A stretch of DNA of 64,000 nucleotides from Candidatus Omnitrophota bacterium (GTDB taxonomy: Bacteria; Omnitrophota; Gorgyraeia; Gygaellales; UBA12090). The notes beneath the pieces are model-generated. The model was given only the letters and a program-made list of their open reading frames with translations, had not been told where the DNA came from and made no database searches. The position numbers were made by a program, and so were the translations under genes. Shown here piece by piece: positions 31,113 to 40,054 of this stretch (within the stretch, counting starts at the first letter, position 1; each line of letters opens with the position of its first letter). The stretch spans positions 46,264 to 110,263 of the forward strand of contig JAUSCZ010000017.1 of assembly GCA_030674475.1 (NCBI GenBank), written 5' to 3'.

Positions 31113-31832
31113 TTATTTACCTTTTAGAAATATCTTTTTTGCCTTAATGTAGCGTTCTGGAGTACCAATATCGATAAACAAGCCGGAAACCGGATAGCCA
31201 AAAATGCGATTAGAGACCATCTCCGGGAAAAAATTTCGTTCCAAAGAAAACTTCGCTTGCCTGGGCATCATACCGAATATCTTCTTATCAAAAATGTATA
31301 CCCCAGCATTTATCAGGCACTTTTTTGCCGAAATGTTCTTTTCCCGAAAATTAAGTATGCGCGAAGACCTGTCTATTTCAATCTCCCCATATTCTTTACC
31401 GCTAGCTACCTGCCGCAATAGAATCGAAACCGGGGATCTATTTTTCTTATGGAATTTCAGAAAAAGCCGCGGATTAAACTTGCATAACGAATCTCCGTTT
31501 AAAACAAAAAAAGGATTACTTTTAATTAACCCTTTCGCGTTCTTAACTGCTCCCCCGGTATCAAGCGGCCTTTCCTCGCGCGAAAAGCGTATGTCCAAAC
31601 CCGGGAATCTTCCGGAAGAATAATAATCCTTAATGATACCCGCCCGATATCCTGTACCCAGAATAAACCGCCTGAATCCAAAACCAGCAATATACTTGAT
31701 GAGCAGGTCAAGGAAAACATAATCGCCGATTTTAACCATCGGCTTAGGAGTGCCACCGGAAACCTTCCGTAACCTCTTCCCTATCCCTCCACAGAGTATA
31801 AAAACATCTATGTCTTTAAGAGTGCCATACAT
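31113..31832 (-). CDS. Sugar-phosphate nucleotidyltransferase
   Basis: ILCGGIGKRLRKVSGGTPKPMVKIG motif. Confidence 0.7.
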   Translation of the reverse strand: MYGTLKDIDVFILCGGIGKRLRKVSGGTPKPMVKIGDYVFLDLLIKYIAGFGFRRFILGTGYRAGIIKDYYSSGRFPGLDIRFSREERPLDTGGAVKNAKGLIKSNPFFVLNGDSLCKFNPRLFLKFHKKNRSPVSILLRQVASGKEYGEIEIDRSSRILNFREKNISAKKCLINAGVYIFDKKIFGMMPRQAKFSLERNFFPEMVSNRIFGYPVSGLFIDIGTPERYIKAKKIFLKGK

Positions 31833-31834
31833 CT

Positions 31835-32827
31835 TTAAATCTGCTGCGGGTTATAATAAATCACCTGACTACCCTCATTTTCAAAACAAAATTTAACTTC
31901 CAGCAATTCTTTTAATGCCTTTTGCACTCTCCGCCGCCTTGCCGGAGAGACAAATAAAAGCATAAAGCCGCCACCGCCTGCACCTAACAGCTTTCCTCCT
32001 AAAGCGCCGTTCTTTATAGCCTTATCATATATATTGTCAATTTCAGGACTCGAGATTTTTTTGGAAAGTTTCTTCTTTATCTGCCAGGATTCGCGCAGGA
32101 GCTTTCCGAAATCAGCAATATCCCTGTTGCTGTTTAAGATATCAACGGCATGGTCAACCATATGCCGCATCGCGGTCAACTCATGCTTATTACTAGAAGT
32201 ATTCTTTATCTGGTCGGCAGCGATCTCCGATGAAAAACGAGATAGCCCCGTAAAAACCAACATCAAATTCTCCTGCAACTCCTGGATCCTTTCCTTCTGG
32301 ATGGTCACCGGCTCTGCCCGGAAATTGTGGTCGTTTAGAAAGATAATCTTATTGAAACCTCCGTAGGCAACCGCAACCTGATCCTGAGAGCCGACATTTT
32401 CCTTAAGGACATTCCTCTCTATATGTATAGCCTGTTTGGCTAAATCGTTTTTTGAGATAATATTGCCTTTTAAGGCATATAGAGAATTGAGCATGCCTAC
32501 GGTAAAAGCCGAACTCGAGCCCAATCCCGAACGCGCAGGCAAATCCCCGTCATGATGAACCTCTACGCCTCTTTGCACCTTAAATAATTTAAGAAGCGCC
32601 CTTACTACGGGATGCTGAATTTCATTAACAGATTTGACGTTTTCTATAAAAGAATAAACTATCCGGTGTTTATGTTCGAAAAAAGGAGGCAGATATCTGA
32701 TGCTTATATAACAGTATTTATCAATAGTTGTTGATAAAACGGCACCGGTATTCTCCTGATACCAGGCGGGATAGTCCGTACCACCGCCGAAAAACGAAAT
32801 CCGAAAAGGAGTTTTACTGATAATCAT
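31835..32827 (-). CDS. GHMP family sugar kinase (heptose-7-phosphate kinase HddA-like)
   Basis: TPFRISFFGGGTDYP N-terminus and PARSGLGSSSA ATP-binding motif. Confidence 0.75.
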   Translation of the reverse strand: MIISKTPFRISFFGGGTDYPAWYQENTGAVLSTTIDKYCYISIRYLPPFFEHKHRIVYSFIENVKSVNEIQHPVVRALLKLFKVQRGVEVHHDGDLPARSGLGSSSAFTVGMLNSLYALKGNIISKNDLAKQAIHIERNVLKENVGSQDQVAVAYGGFNKIIFLNDHNFRAEPVTIQKERIQELQENLMLVFTGLSRFSSEIAADQIKNTSSNKHELTAMRHMVDHAVDILNSNRDIADFGKLLRESWQIKKKLSKKISSPEIDNIYDKAIKNGALGGKLLGAGGGGFMLLFVSPARRRRVQKALKELLEVKFCFENEGSQVIYYNPQQI

Positions 32828-34296
32828 TCCAGCACCTTTCTTTTTAGCCTGGTTTTTGTCATTTCCTCAATATGGGTTCTGACCTTTTTGCCGAATTTAC
32901 TCTCCAGCATATTCAAATAACCGGGATTTTCGAAATACCGGTGAAACGCGTCATCCCTGAATTTTACGACTTCTTTCGGGTTGATATATTTCGTCGGAAG
33001 CGGAAGCATTTCGTAGGAATGTTGGGAAAACCCGTGCCACTCTTTCGGAAGTTCCCACCCCTGCCTGCGGGCGATATCGTAAAGCCTGGAGCCTGGATAG
33101 GCCATAGCGCAATAAAAATTCACGAATTCGCAATTAAGATCAATTGCCATATCGATTGTTTCCTGCATAGTCTGCACCGTATCATCGGGAAGCCCGAAAA
33201 TAAAGTTGCCTATAACCCTTATGCCTGCATCTTGAATACTCCTCACGACATTGGTTATATCTTTGACCCTCATTCGCTTAGAAGCGCCGTCCCTTACATC
33301 GGGATTTGCCGATTCAATCCCCAACGCAAGCCAATTTATGCCCGCCTTTTTCATCTTCAGAAGATTCTCCGGCTTTACTGTATCAACCCGGGCATAAACC
33401 CAGATGTTTAAGTCATAACCCTTAGCTATCAATAGATCCACTATTCTCATATAGTGGTTTTCGTCCAGGACAAAAAGCTCATCTACGATTTTTACATTCT
33501 TTACCCCGTATTTAGTTACCAATAGCCCTATCTCCTGGACTACCATTTCCGGACTCCTGTATCTTATGCCTGGCTTGCCGAAAAGGGCATTAATACAGCA
33601 AAAAACACAACTGTAGGGGCAGCCTAAGCTGGTGTATATCGCCGCATAAGGCATCCTGTTTTCTATATCGTCAAAACAATGCCAATTATGTGCCCGATAT
33701 TTTTCCATCGGCAACAAATCCCAGGCAGCAATCGGCAATTCTTCATCCAGGTTTTCAATAAGCGAGACTTTATGGTTATTTCTGATATTTCCATCTTCAT
33801 CGTAATACCATAAACACGTAATATTAGAATAAATGCCTTTCCCAGATTTTATCGCGCCAATTAACGCCATTAATGTAGCAGGGCCTTCTCCTTCAATAAC
33901 AAAATCGACTTTTTCTTCTATTAGTGTCTGTTTGGGTAGAGCGGACGGATGCAGGCCACCTATAGCGATTTTCCCGAGAGCATTCTCCTTCAACGCCTTG
34001 CAGATTTTTCCGGCAATAGTCATATTCTGCGTGGATGCCGAAGGCTGGGATCCGTAAACTATTACTGCGGATAACAGCGGGTTAATTTTATTAACCTTTT
34101 TTGCTGTCTCATCAGGTGAGAAATTCTCAGCGTTAGCATCAACGATGGCCACGTTAATCCCGCTATTCCTCAGATATGCCGCGATTACCGCAACCCAGAA
34201 AGGCGGCTCAATAGCAGAATAATCCTTTCCTAATCCCTGATAAACCTGCTTATGATCCCCCGGATTTATTAAAACAACTTCTATCTTCCCGCTCAT
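32824..34296 (-). CDS. B12-binding radical SAM protein
   Basis: N-terminal B12-binding-like domain and an rSAM cluster motif, LGCPYSCVFCC. Confidence 0.8.
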   Translation of the reverse strand: MSGKIEVVLINPGDHKQVYQGLGKDYSAIEPPFWVAVIAAYLRNSGINVAIVDANAENFSPDETAKKVNKINPLLSAVIVYGSQPSASTQNMTIAGKICKALKENALGKIAIGGLHPSALPKQTLIEEKVDFVIEGEGPATLMALIGAIKSGKGIYSNITCLWYYDEDGNIRNNHKVSLIENLDEELPIAAWDLLPMEKYRAHNWHCFDDIENRMPYAAIYTSLGCPYSCVFCCINALFGKPGIRYRSPEMVVQEIGLLVTKYGVKNVKIVDELFVLDENHYMRIVDLLIAKGYDLNIWVYARVDTVKPENLLKMKKAGINWLALGIESANPDVRDGASKRMRVKDITNVVRSIQDAGIRVIGNFIFGLPDDTVQTMQETIDMAIDLNCEFVNFYCAMAYPGSRLYDIARRQGWELPKEWHGFSQHSYEMLPLPTKYINPKEVVKFRDDAFHRYFENPGYLNMLESKFGKKVRTHIEEMTKTRLKRKVLE

Positions 34297-35297
34297 ATAT
34301 TTTTCTTGATATTCTCTATGATGCTTTGTTCATCCAGCTTGTTTAACGCGTGCAAATGCTCCCTGTTGCCAATATCAAAAACATACGCGTCGTTAAAACC
34401 CATTCTTTTCAATCGGGTATTGAGGCTATAGTTATCGATTACGCTTGAAACCAGGCTATCTATCCCGCCTTTATTGATAAAACCTTCTTCGAGAGTTATA
34501 ACACATTCATATTTTCGCAAAACTTTCGCAAAGAATCTCTCATTCAACGGCTTTAATAGAAAAACATCGATAACTCCAATTTTTTCTCTATCAAATGCGC
34601 CTGCCGCTTTTATGGCTTTATGGGTCATATATCCAGTCGAAACCAGGCATATCTTTTTACCTTTTCGTATCTGCGAAAAACCATCCTCTATCCTTATCTT
34701 ATCTGTTTCCGAATAAATCCGTGGCAAAGGCTTACCGTCAAGTCTTATATACTTTGGCCTTTTTACCTTTATCGAATATTCGACAAACTTACCTGACAAA
34801 ACCCAGTCGCTAGGCGAAAATACCATAATATTCGGCAAAACCCGCATTATGGTAATATCCTCAAGGCAATGATGCGTAGGGCCGGAGACATCATAACTCA
34901 AGCCGGCGCCTACGCCAATTAAGTTTATGTTTATCTCTTTCAGCTGAGAGTGCAGGGAAAGGTTAATCCGTATCTGCTCGTATGCCCTCATTGTCAGAAA
35001 CGGGGCTATCGCATAGGCATAAACTGTAAAGCCTTCAAGGGCAAGACCCGTAGATACATTGATAAGGTTCTGCTCGGCAATGCCGACGTTTATAAACCTG
35101 TCGCTGAATTTTTTCCTTAAATTGTCGAGTTTAGGAGAACCGAAATCCGCGCAGAGGAAGAAAATATTTCTATCCTTATGCATAAGATTAAAAATATTTT
35201 CGATAAAGACATCCCTCATATTGTTTATTTCGGTCTTCATTCTAACTCCGAAATTATGGTATCGACTTCTTCCGGGCTTAAATTTTTGATGTGGCAT
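34293..35297 (-). CDS. Transketolase, C-terminal (pyrimidine-binding) subunit
   Basis: FINVGIAEQNLINVSTGLALEG motif of the split transketolase B subunit. Confidence 0.8.
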   Translation of the reverse strand: MPHQKFKPGRSRYHNFGVRMKTEINNMRDVFIENIFNLMHKDRNIFFLCADFGSPKLDNLRKKFSDRFINVGIAEQNLINVSTGLALEGFTVYAYAIAPFLTMRAYEQIRINLSLHSQLKEININLIGVGAGLSYDVSGPTHHCLEDITIMRVLPNIMVFSPSDWVLSGKFVEYSIKVKRPKYIRLDGKPLPRIYSETDKIRIEDGFSQIRKGKKICLVSTGYMTHKAIKAAGAFDREKIGVIDVFLLKPLNERFFAKVLRKYECVITLEEGFINKGGIDSLVSSVIDNYSLNTRLKRMGFNDAYVFDIGNREHLHALNKLDEQSIIENIKKNI

Positions 35298-36061
35298 AGC
35301 GGATCTGTTTCAAGGCGCCGAACACCCTTGCCTTTTACGGTATCGGCGATTAATAATTTAGGCTTACCGTTATTTTTCGCTTTAAGGCGTTTTAAGGAAG
35401 TATGTAATTTATCCATCTGGTGCCCATTAACACGTTCTACTTCCCACTTAAAAACCTTGAATTTCTCGCCAAGCGGCTCAAGATCCAAGATGTTCCGACA
35501 ATAATCCAGCATGCATATTTTATTATTATCAATAATAACGATAAGGTTGTCTAAATTATGTTCGCCGGCAAACATTACTGCCTCCCATACAGAACCCTCG
35601 TACAACTCGCCGTCTCCCAGCAAAACAAACACTTTTTCATTTCTTTTCTTCCTTTTTAATGCCAGAGAAATTCCACAGGCAACCCCCAAGCCGTGGCCTA
35701 AAGAACCGTTAATTGTTTCAAAGCCGGGAATAATGGCATCCGGAATCCCCCCTAAAATTGAACCTGCCTTGCAAACTCCTCCCAGTTCCTCTTTAGGAAA
35801 ATACCCCAAATCCGCAAGCACGGGGTAAAACGATATTGCGCCGTGACCTTTGCTGATAATAAACCTATCCCTTTTTTCCCATTTTATATCCCGGGAGTTA
35901 AACCTTACAATTTTTCCGTAGTATAATACCGTAAATATTTCAACCGCCGATAGCGAAGAGGCAAGTCTCGTCTCAGGAGCAGTTTTATGTATTTTTAAAG
36001 TCTCTCTCCGCACCCATAAAGCCTTCCGATCAAGGAAATCGTATATTTTCTTGGATTTCAT
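35237..36061 (-). CDS. Transketolase, N-terminal (TPP-binding) subunit
   Basis: SKGHGAISFYP...GSLGHGLGVACG TPP-binding motifs. Confidence 0.8.
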   Translation of the reverse strand: MKSKKIYDFLDRKALWVRRETLKIHKTAPETRLASSLSAVEIFTVLYYGKIVRFNSRDIKWEKRDRFIISKGHGAISFYPVLADLGYFPKEELGGVCKAGSILGGIPDAIIPGFETINGSLGHGLGVACGISLALKRKKRNEKVFVLLGDGELYEGSVWEAVMFAGEHNLDNLIVIIDNNKICMLDYCRNILDLEPLGEKFKVFKWEVERVNGHQMDKLHTSLKRLKAKNNGKPKLLIADTVKGKGVRRLETDPLCHIKNLSPEEVDTIISELE

Positions 36062-36069
36062 CAGCGTCT

Positions 36070-37014
36070 TTAGACGTTTCCGTATTTGTTGTTTGAGATT
36101 ATCTTGTATGCCTTAATGAGCTCCCTTATCCCAAATTCAAGCGAAAGAATCGGCTTAAACCCGGTTTTTTCAATCTTTTCATTGGAAACAATATAATCCC
36201 GCTTATCCGGGTCCTCGCCTATAGGAGACTCCAGGTATACAAAATCAGCTATCTGTTCTTTTATCTTTGCGCAAAGCTCAAGCTTTGAGAGATTCGCATT
36301 GGACAAGCCGACGTTATACGGTTCATCTTTCACTGTATCAAAATTATCTATCGCATGGATAAATGCCCTGGCCACATCGCGTATATGAATATAGTTCCTT
36401 TTAAAATGCCCTTCAAAAACCACCACAAAACGGTCATTAACAGCACGGTAAGTAAAATCATTTACCAATAAATCTATCCGCATCCTGGGGGACACGCCAA
36501 AAACAGTAGCCAACCTAAAACTTACGGAGTTCTTCCTTTCCAACACAATTTTCTCAGCTTCCATTTTTACCCTGCCGTATAAAGTAATCGGATTCAGGGG
36601 CGTCTCTTCCGTGCAATAGATACCCTTCTGACCAATACCGTATCCACTATTGGTAGTCGGTATAATTATCCTTTGCTCCTTAGACGCCAGCTTGGTAAGC
36701 ATGGCTATGGCGTCCCGGTTAACGGTAACGGCAGCCGTCTTATCCCTATTGCATAAAGGAGCTCCCACCAATGCTGCCAGTGGAATAATATAATCCACTT
36801 CTTTTAAAAGCGGTTTTACGATACCCTCATCGCGGACATCTCCCCGAACTACTTTAAATTTATCATAGGCGCAACAATCAAGCAAAGAATTCTGACTATA
36901 CATAAAATTATCTACGACAGTGACATCATGCTTTAGTTCTAAAAGTTTAGGGACGAGAACTGAACCTATGTAACCCGCGCCGCCTGTAATCAATATTCGC
37001 ATTTTAGAAGCCAT
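36070..37014 (-). CDS. NAD-dependent epimerase/dehydratase
   Basis: ILITGGAGYIGSVL motif. Confidence 0.75.
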   Translation of the reverse strand: MASKMRILITGGAGYIGSVLVPKLLELKHDVTVVDNFMYSQNSLLDCCAYDKFKVVRGDVRDEGIVKPLLKEVDYIIPLAALVGAPLCNRDKTAAVTVNRDAIAMLTKLASKEQRIIIPTTNSGYGIGQKGIYCTEETPLNPITLYGRVKMEAEKIVLERKNSVSFRLATVFGVSPRMRIDLLVNDFTYRAVNDRFVVVFEGHFKRNYIHIRDVARAFIHAIDNFDTVKDEPYNVGLSNANLSKLELCAKIKEQIADFVYLESPIGEDPDKRDYIVSNEKIEKTGFKPILSLEFGIRELIKAYKIISNNKYGNV

Positions 37015-37050
37015 ACAATAACATTGTTATATTTACTATTTCCGCCGGTT

Positions 37051-38157
37051 TTACCTGTTACTTAATATTTTCACTATTCCTGCCGCGGGTATTTTCTCCA
37101 GCCCTACATTTACATATGCCTCACGACTACTTAATTCATCTCCAATAATACCGTAAGACTGCCAAAGAAAATAACTAGCCGGCTTATCCCATTTTCCATA
37201 TTTTTTATCTGTAACTAACCTTAAGGTCTTTATTGCGTTCTGATAATCCTTGATATCATAATATAGTTTTCCAAGGAAAAACAGTACGTCATCGTAATAT
37301 TTACTTTCAGGGAATTCCTTCAATAAGGCCGCATAAGACTGTAATGCTAAGTCCATACGGTAAGCTAAATGGTAATTTCTGGCTTTATAAAATAATGCTG
37401 AATCCGAACTACCTTTAAGGTGCCTGAGCGCAGACCGAATGTATAAATTTTGATAAATATATACGAATTTATTTCCGAATATTTTAAAATAGAAATCCAT
37501 AAGATGATCAAAGATGTGACTTTGTTTCAAGATAGGCGTGGACCTGCGGGGTTCGCCCATAAGAGGCAAGACACGTCGATAGATCGCAATAATGTCTTTA
37601 TACTCCATCCCTGAGTATTGTTTTAATGCGGAAATTTTCTTTATCTCATCTAATAATTCTGGCTGGGCAGTCAAATCATCCAATGAATACATGTCACCTC
37701 TGAAATCAACAAAAACAGTATTCAATGCCGTATCAAATACACACCATTTGTTATTCAGGAAAACTTCATTCAAGGTATGCGGAGAAATACCATTTTTATC
37801 TAACAGCATTGCGTATCGGCTTGGGATACCTGCTATTCCCAAAAGCAGATTTAATGTTCTTGCCTGAAAATCGCAATATGCCTCAGCGTATATTAAAGAT
37901 TCTAATGGTTTACATGAATACGGCGTTCCTTGAAGAAATTCATTATTGACCACATAATTAAACAAAGATAAGGACTTTTCGTAATCAGTCCTATACCCAT
38001 TTGTTTCTTGGGCAACTATGGTGTTTAAAATTAATCTTTGATAGGCATGATATCGTAACCTATACGGAAGGAATAATGAAATTACTGGCGACAACAGTAT
38101 TAAAACAGTTGCTATTATAAGAAAAAGTCTGCAAATAAATTTTAAACGCTTATGCAT
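37051..38157 (-). CDS. Transglutaminase-like domain membrane protein with TPR-like C-terminus (paralogue of 10586-11629)
   Basis: N-terminal TM helix. AYCDFQARTLNLLLGIAGIPSRYAML...HTLNEVFLNNKWCVFD aligns with the paralogue's CDYQAKVFNVLLSKKGIPSRYAML...HTISEVYFHNRWVVFD. Confidence 0.5.
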   Translation of the reverse strand: MHKRLKFICRLFLIIATVLILLSPVISLFLPYRLRYHAYQRLILNTIVAQETNGYRTDYEKSLSLFNYVVNNEFLQGTPYSCKPLESLIYAEAYCDFQARTLNLLLGIAGIPSRYAMLLDKNGISPHTLNEVFLNNKWCVFDTALNTVFVDFRGDMYSLDDLTAQPELLDEIKKISALKQYSGMEYKDIIAIYRRVLPLMGEPRRSTPILKQSHIFDHLMDFYFKIFGNKFVYIYQNLYIRSALRHLKGSSDSALFYKARNYHLAYRMDLALQSYAALLKEFPESKYYDDVLFFLGKLYYDIKDYQNAIKTLRLVTDKKYGKWDKPASYFLWQSYGIIGDELSSREAYVNVGLEKIPAAGIVKILSNR

Positions 38158-38171
38158 TGTTATAAATATGC

Positions 38172-38528
38172 TTACGGCGAAGTTTCAACATTCTGATAAG
38201 CTAATAACATAGTCTTATATGTTTCCAACTCCTCTTTGAGCCTTTCGTATTCGCGGGTTTTCCAGTCAAGGAACTGCTGGATAAGCTGAAATTTTATCCT
38301 AATTCCCTGAGGGGTGAGCAGATACATATAGCTTAACTTATTCTTGGCATTCTTGAAGTTTTTTGCCTCTATTATGCCCTTGTCAATGAGGGCGTTGAGG
38401 AAGTAGTTAATCTTGCCCAGGCTTATTTTGAGTTTCAGGGCCAGGTCGCGCTGGGTTATGGCGGGATTTTGCTCTAACTCTTTGATAACAGAGAGGATTT
38501 TTTCGTGGTGCAATATGTCGGATTTCAT
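38172..38528 (-). CDS. MarR-type winged-helix transcriptional regulator (EPS-locus-associated family), copy 1
   Basis: MKSDILHHEKILSVIKELEQNPAITQRDLALKLKISLGKINYFLNALIDKGII is the wHTH. The true start is cat at 38526-38528, and the longer ORF-track start is an extension. 90% identical to copy 2. Confidence 0.65.
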   Translation of the reverse strand: MKSDILHHEKILSVIKELEQNPAITQRDLALKLKISLGKINYFLNALIDKGIIEAKNFKNAKNKLSYMYLLTPQGIRIKFQLIQQFLDWKTREYERLKEELETYKTMLLAYQNVETSP

Positions 38529-38574
38529 AGAAAAACTATGGGTCGATGGTCTATGGTTCATCTTTTTAAAATTC

Positions 38575-38958
38575 TTAAAGCAACCGTATAATCCCTTTTT
38601 CAAAATTAATCGTCAACTTGAAATTCTTCAAAAAGTCTAAGCCTAAAAGTCCATCTACAAAACCCTCTTCAGGTAAATCATGGCAAGCGACTTCTAAATT
38701 CTTCATTGTCTTACCTAACGCTTTAATACTTTTTAAACTTACCACTGGAACAATTTCAATTCCACTCCCGGTTACAATACGAGTACGGGAAGGGGAACCT
38801 CCCGGATCGCAGCCAATAGCTTCAGCTGCCTCAAAGGGAATCATAGTTCGCGAACAACCCGTGTCTAACGCTAAACGCAAGGTCCGTTCGGCATTCTTCC
38901 TAATTGTGCCCTCTATAATGATTATGGGAAATTTATGGTTAAAAGAAGTCTTTGACAT
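38575..38958 (-). CDS. Retropepsin-like (clan AA) aspartic protease
   Basis: LALDTGCSRTMIP contains the D-T/S-G catalytic motif in a retropepsin-like context; 127 aa. Confidence 0.7.
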   Translation of the reverse strand: MSKTSFNHKFPIIIIEGTIRKNAERTLRLALDTGCSRTMIPFEAAEAIGCDPGGSPSRTRIVTGSGIEIVPVVSLKSIKALGKTMKNLEVACHDLPEEGFVDGLLGLDFLKNFKLTINFEKGIIRLL

Positions 38959-39188
38959 TAAAACATTACCACCAAATCCTTTGGTATGGGCCCGGTATAA
39001 TCGATAGCAAGCGGTTCTTTATATTTCATCTGCTCTCTGTATATAGTGTCTCTCTTTTTACTGTGAGCAATTACCGCCCCCTTGCTTAACCGGTTCATCT
39101 TATCAAACTCATAGTTCGCCAGCAAGATCCACTCTTTAGGAAATCTCTTCCTAATGCTTATTAAGCTTTCCACTCTACTTTTTACCAT
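38958..39188 (-). CDS. Small partner protein of the retropepsin-like protease (hypothetical)
   Basis: 76-aa ORF translationally coupled (ATGA-type overlap) immediately upstream of the protease. Confidence 0.35.
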   Translation of the reverse strand: MVKSRVESLISIRKRFPKEWILLANYEFDKMNRLSKGAVIAHSKKRDTIYREQMKYKEPLAIDYTGPIPKDLVVMF

Positions 39189-39221
39189 TTTTCTTTACCT
39201 CCTGATTTAAGTTAAGAAAGT

Positions 39222-39330
39222 ATTTTGCTCTAACTCTTTGATAACAGAGAGGATTTTTTCGTGGTTTAAGATGTCGGATTTCATGGGAAAATCAAAGGTC
39301 GATAGTTTATAGTCAATAGTCAATGGTCCG
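39222..39330. repeat. Cassette-junction repeat, copy (partial: regulator-5'-end homologue + heptamer tract, no hairpin)
   Basis: ttttgctctaactctttgataacagagaggatttt...atgtcggatttcat followed by gtcgatagtttatagtcaatagtcaatggtcc. Homologous to 38440-38565, 39923-40106, 42530-42665, 46133-46262 and 47168-47305. Confidence 0.7.
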
Positions 39331-39431
39331 GAAAAAAATTACTTCTTTAAATAATTTCGAAAGGCGTGCAGCATTTTTGAGATGTCTTCACAACACTTAT
39401 AAAATAAATCAAATTCTGTAGATTTTCTGTG

Positions 39432-39710
39432 TCATCTGTATGTTAACGGATATTGCTCCGGATTAGCTAAGATTTCTGCGGATAAGTCTATATCTAACTT
39501 TGGCCAGTATAGATGATGATTATGTATCAACTTTACGTTAGTTATTGACGAAATATTAGCGTCTTTAAACCAAGGATACTCACTGAAAGATAAGAAATAT
39601 TCTCTATCTTTCAGGAAAATCCAAAATCCATGTTCTGAAATATTAGTTATTTCTGGCCTTAAAATGTTCTTTCCATTCTTTAATGATTTCATTCCTATGC
39701 CTTTCCACAA
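39432..39710 (-). CDS. DUF2442 family protein (TA-like pair with DUF4160)
   Basis: YPWF...LYWPKLDIDL motif pattern. Confidence 0.6.
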   Translation of the reverse strand: MWKGIGMKSLKNGKNILRPEITNISEHGFWIFLKDREYFLSFSEYPWFKDANISSITNVKLIHNHHLYWPKLDIDLSAEILANPEQYPLTYR

Positions 39711-39891
39711 TTTTTTGTAAAGTTCTTAGCTGCCTTTTAGAAAAACCAGTGTAATTTACCAATTCAACGGCTGGCTCCAACCAGAATTTCGCTTCCCCAT
39801 CCGGAGAAATAATATGAACATGCATCTTCATTTCTTCTTTAGAGAAAAAATGAAACCTGTAATTCCCTATTTTAAATACTGTCGGGCTCAA
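39643..39891 (-). CDS. DUF4160 family protein
   Basis: YRFHFFSKEE..MHVHI motif pattern; overlaps the downstream DUF2442 gene. Confidence 0.6.
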   Translation of the reverse strand: MSPTVFKIGNYRFHFFSKEEMKMHVHIISPDGEAKFWLEPAVELVNYTGFSKRQLRTLQKIVERHRNEIIKEWKEHFKARNN

Positions 39892-39907
39892 AGTTTACTA
39901 TCCCTCA

Positions 39908-40054
39908 TTAAACGATTTTATCCTTGTAAGTGCGATAAATCGCACCGCTACCGCGAATTTTCCGAATAAGTTTGCGCTGGGTTATAGCGGGGTTTTGCTC
40001 TAACTCTTTGATAGCAGAGAGGATCTTGTCGTGGTTTAATATGTCGGTCTTCAT
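39908..40054 (-). CDS. Truncated divergent paralogue of the MarR-EPS regulator (~48-aa mini-ORF) embedded in junction repeat
   Basis: MKTDILNHDKILSAIKELEQNPAITQRKLIRKIRGSGAIYRTYKDKIV. The first ~30 aa match the regulator N-terminus. The divergent tail LIRKIRGSGAIYRTYK is shared with the copies at 46133-46262 and 47168-47305. Confidence 0.4.
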   Translation of the reverse strand: MKTDILNHDKILSAIKELEQNPAITQRKLIRKIRGSGAIYRTYKDKIV

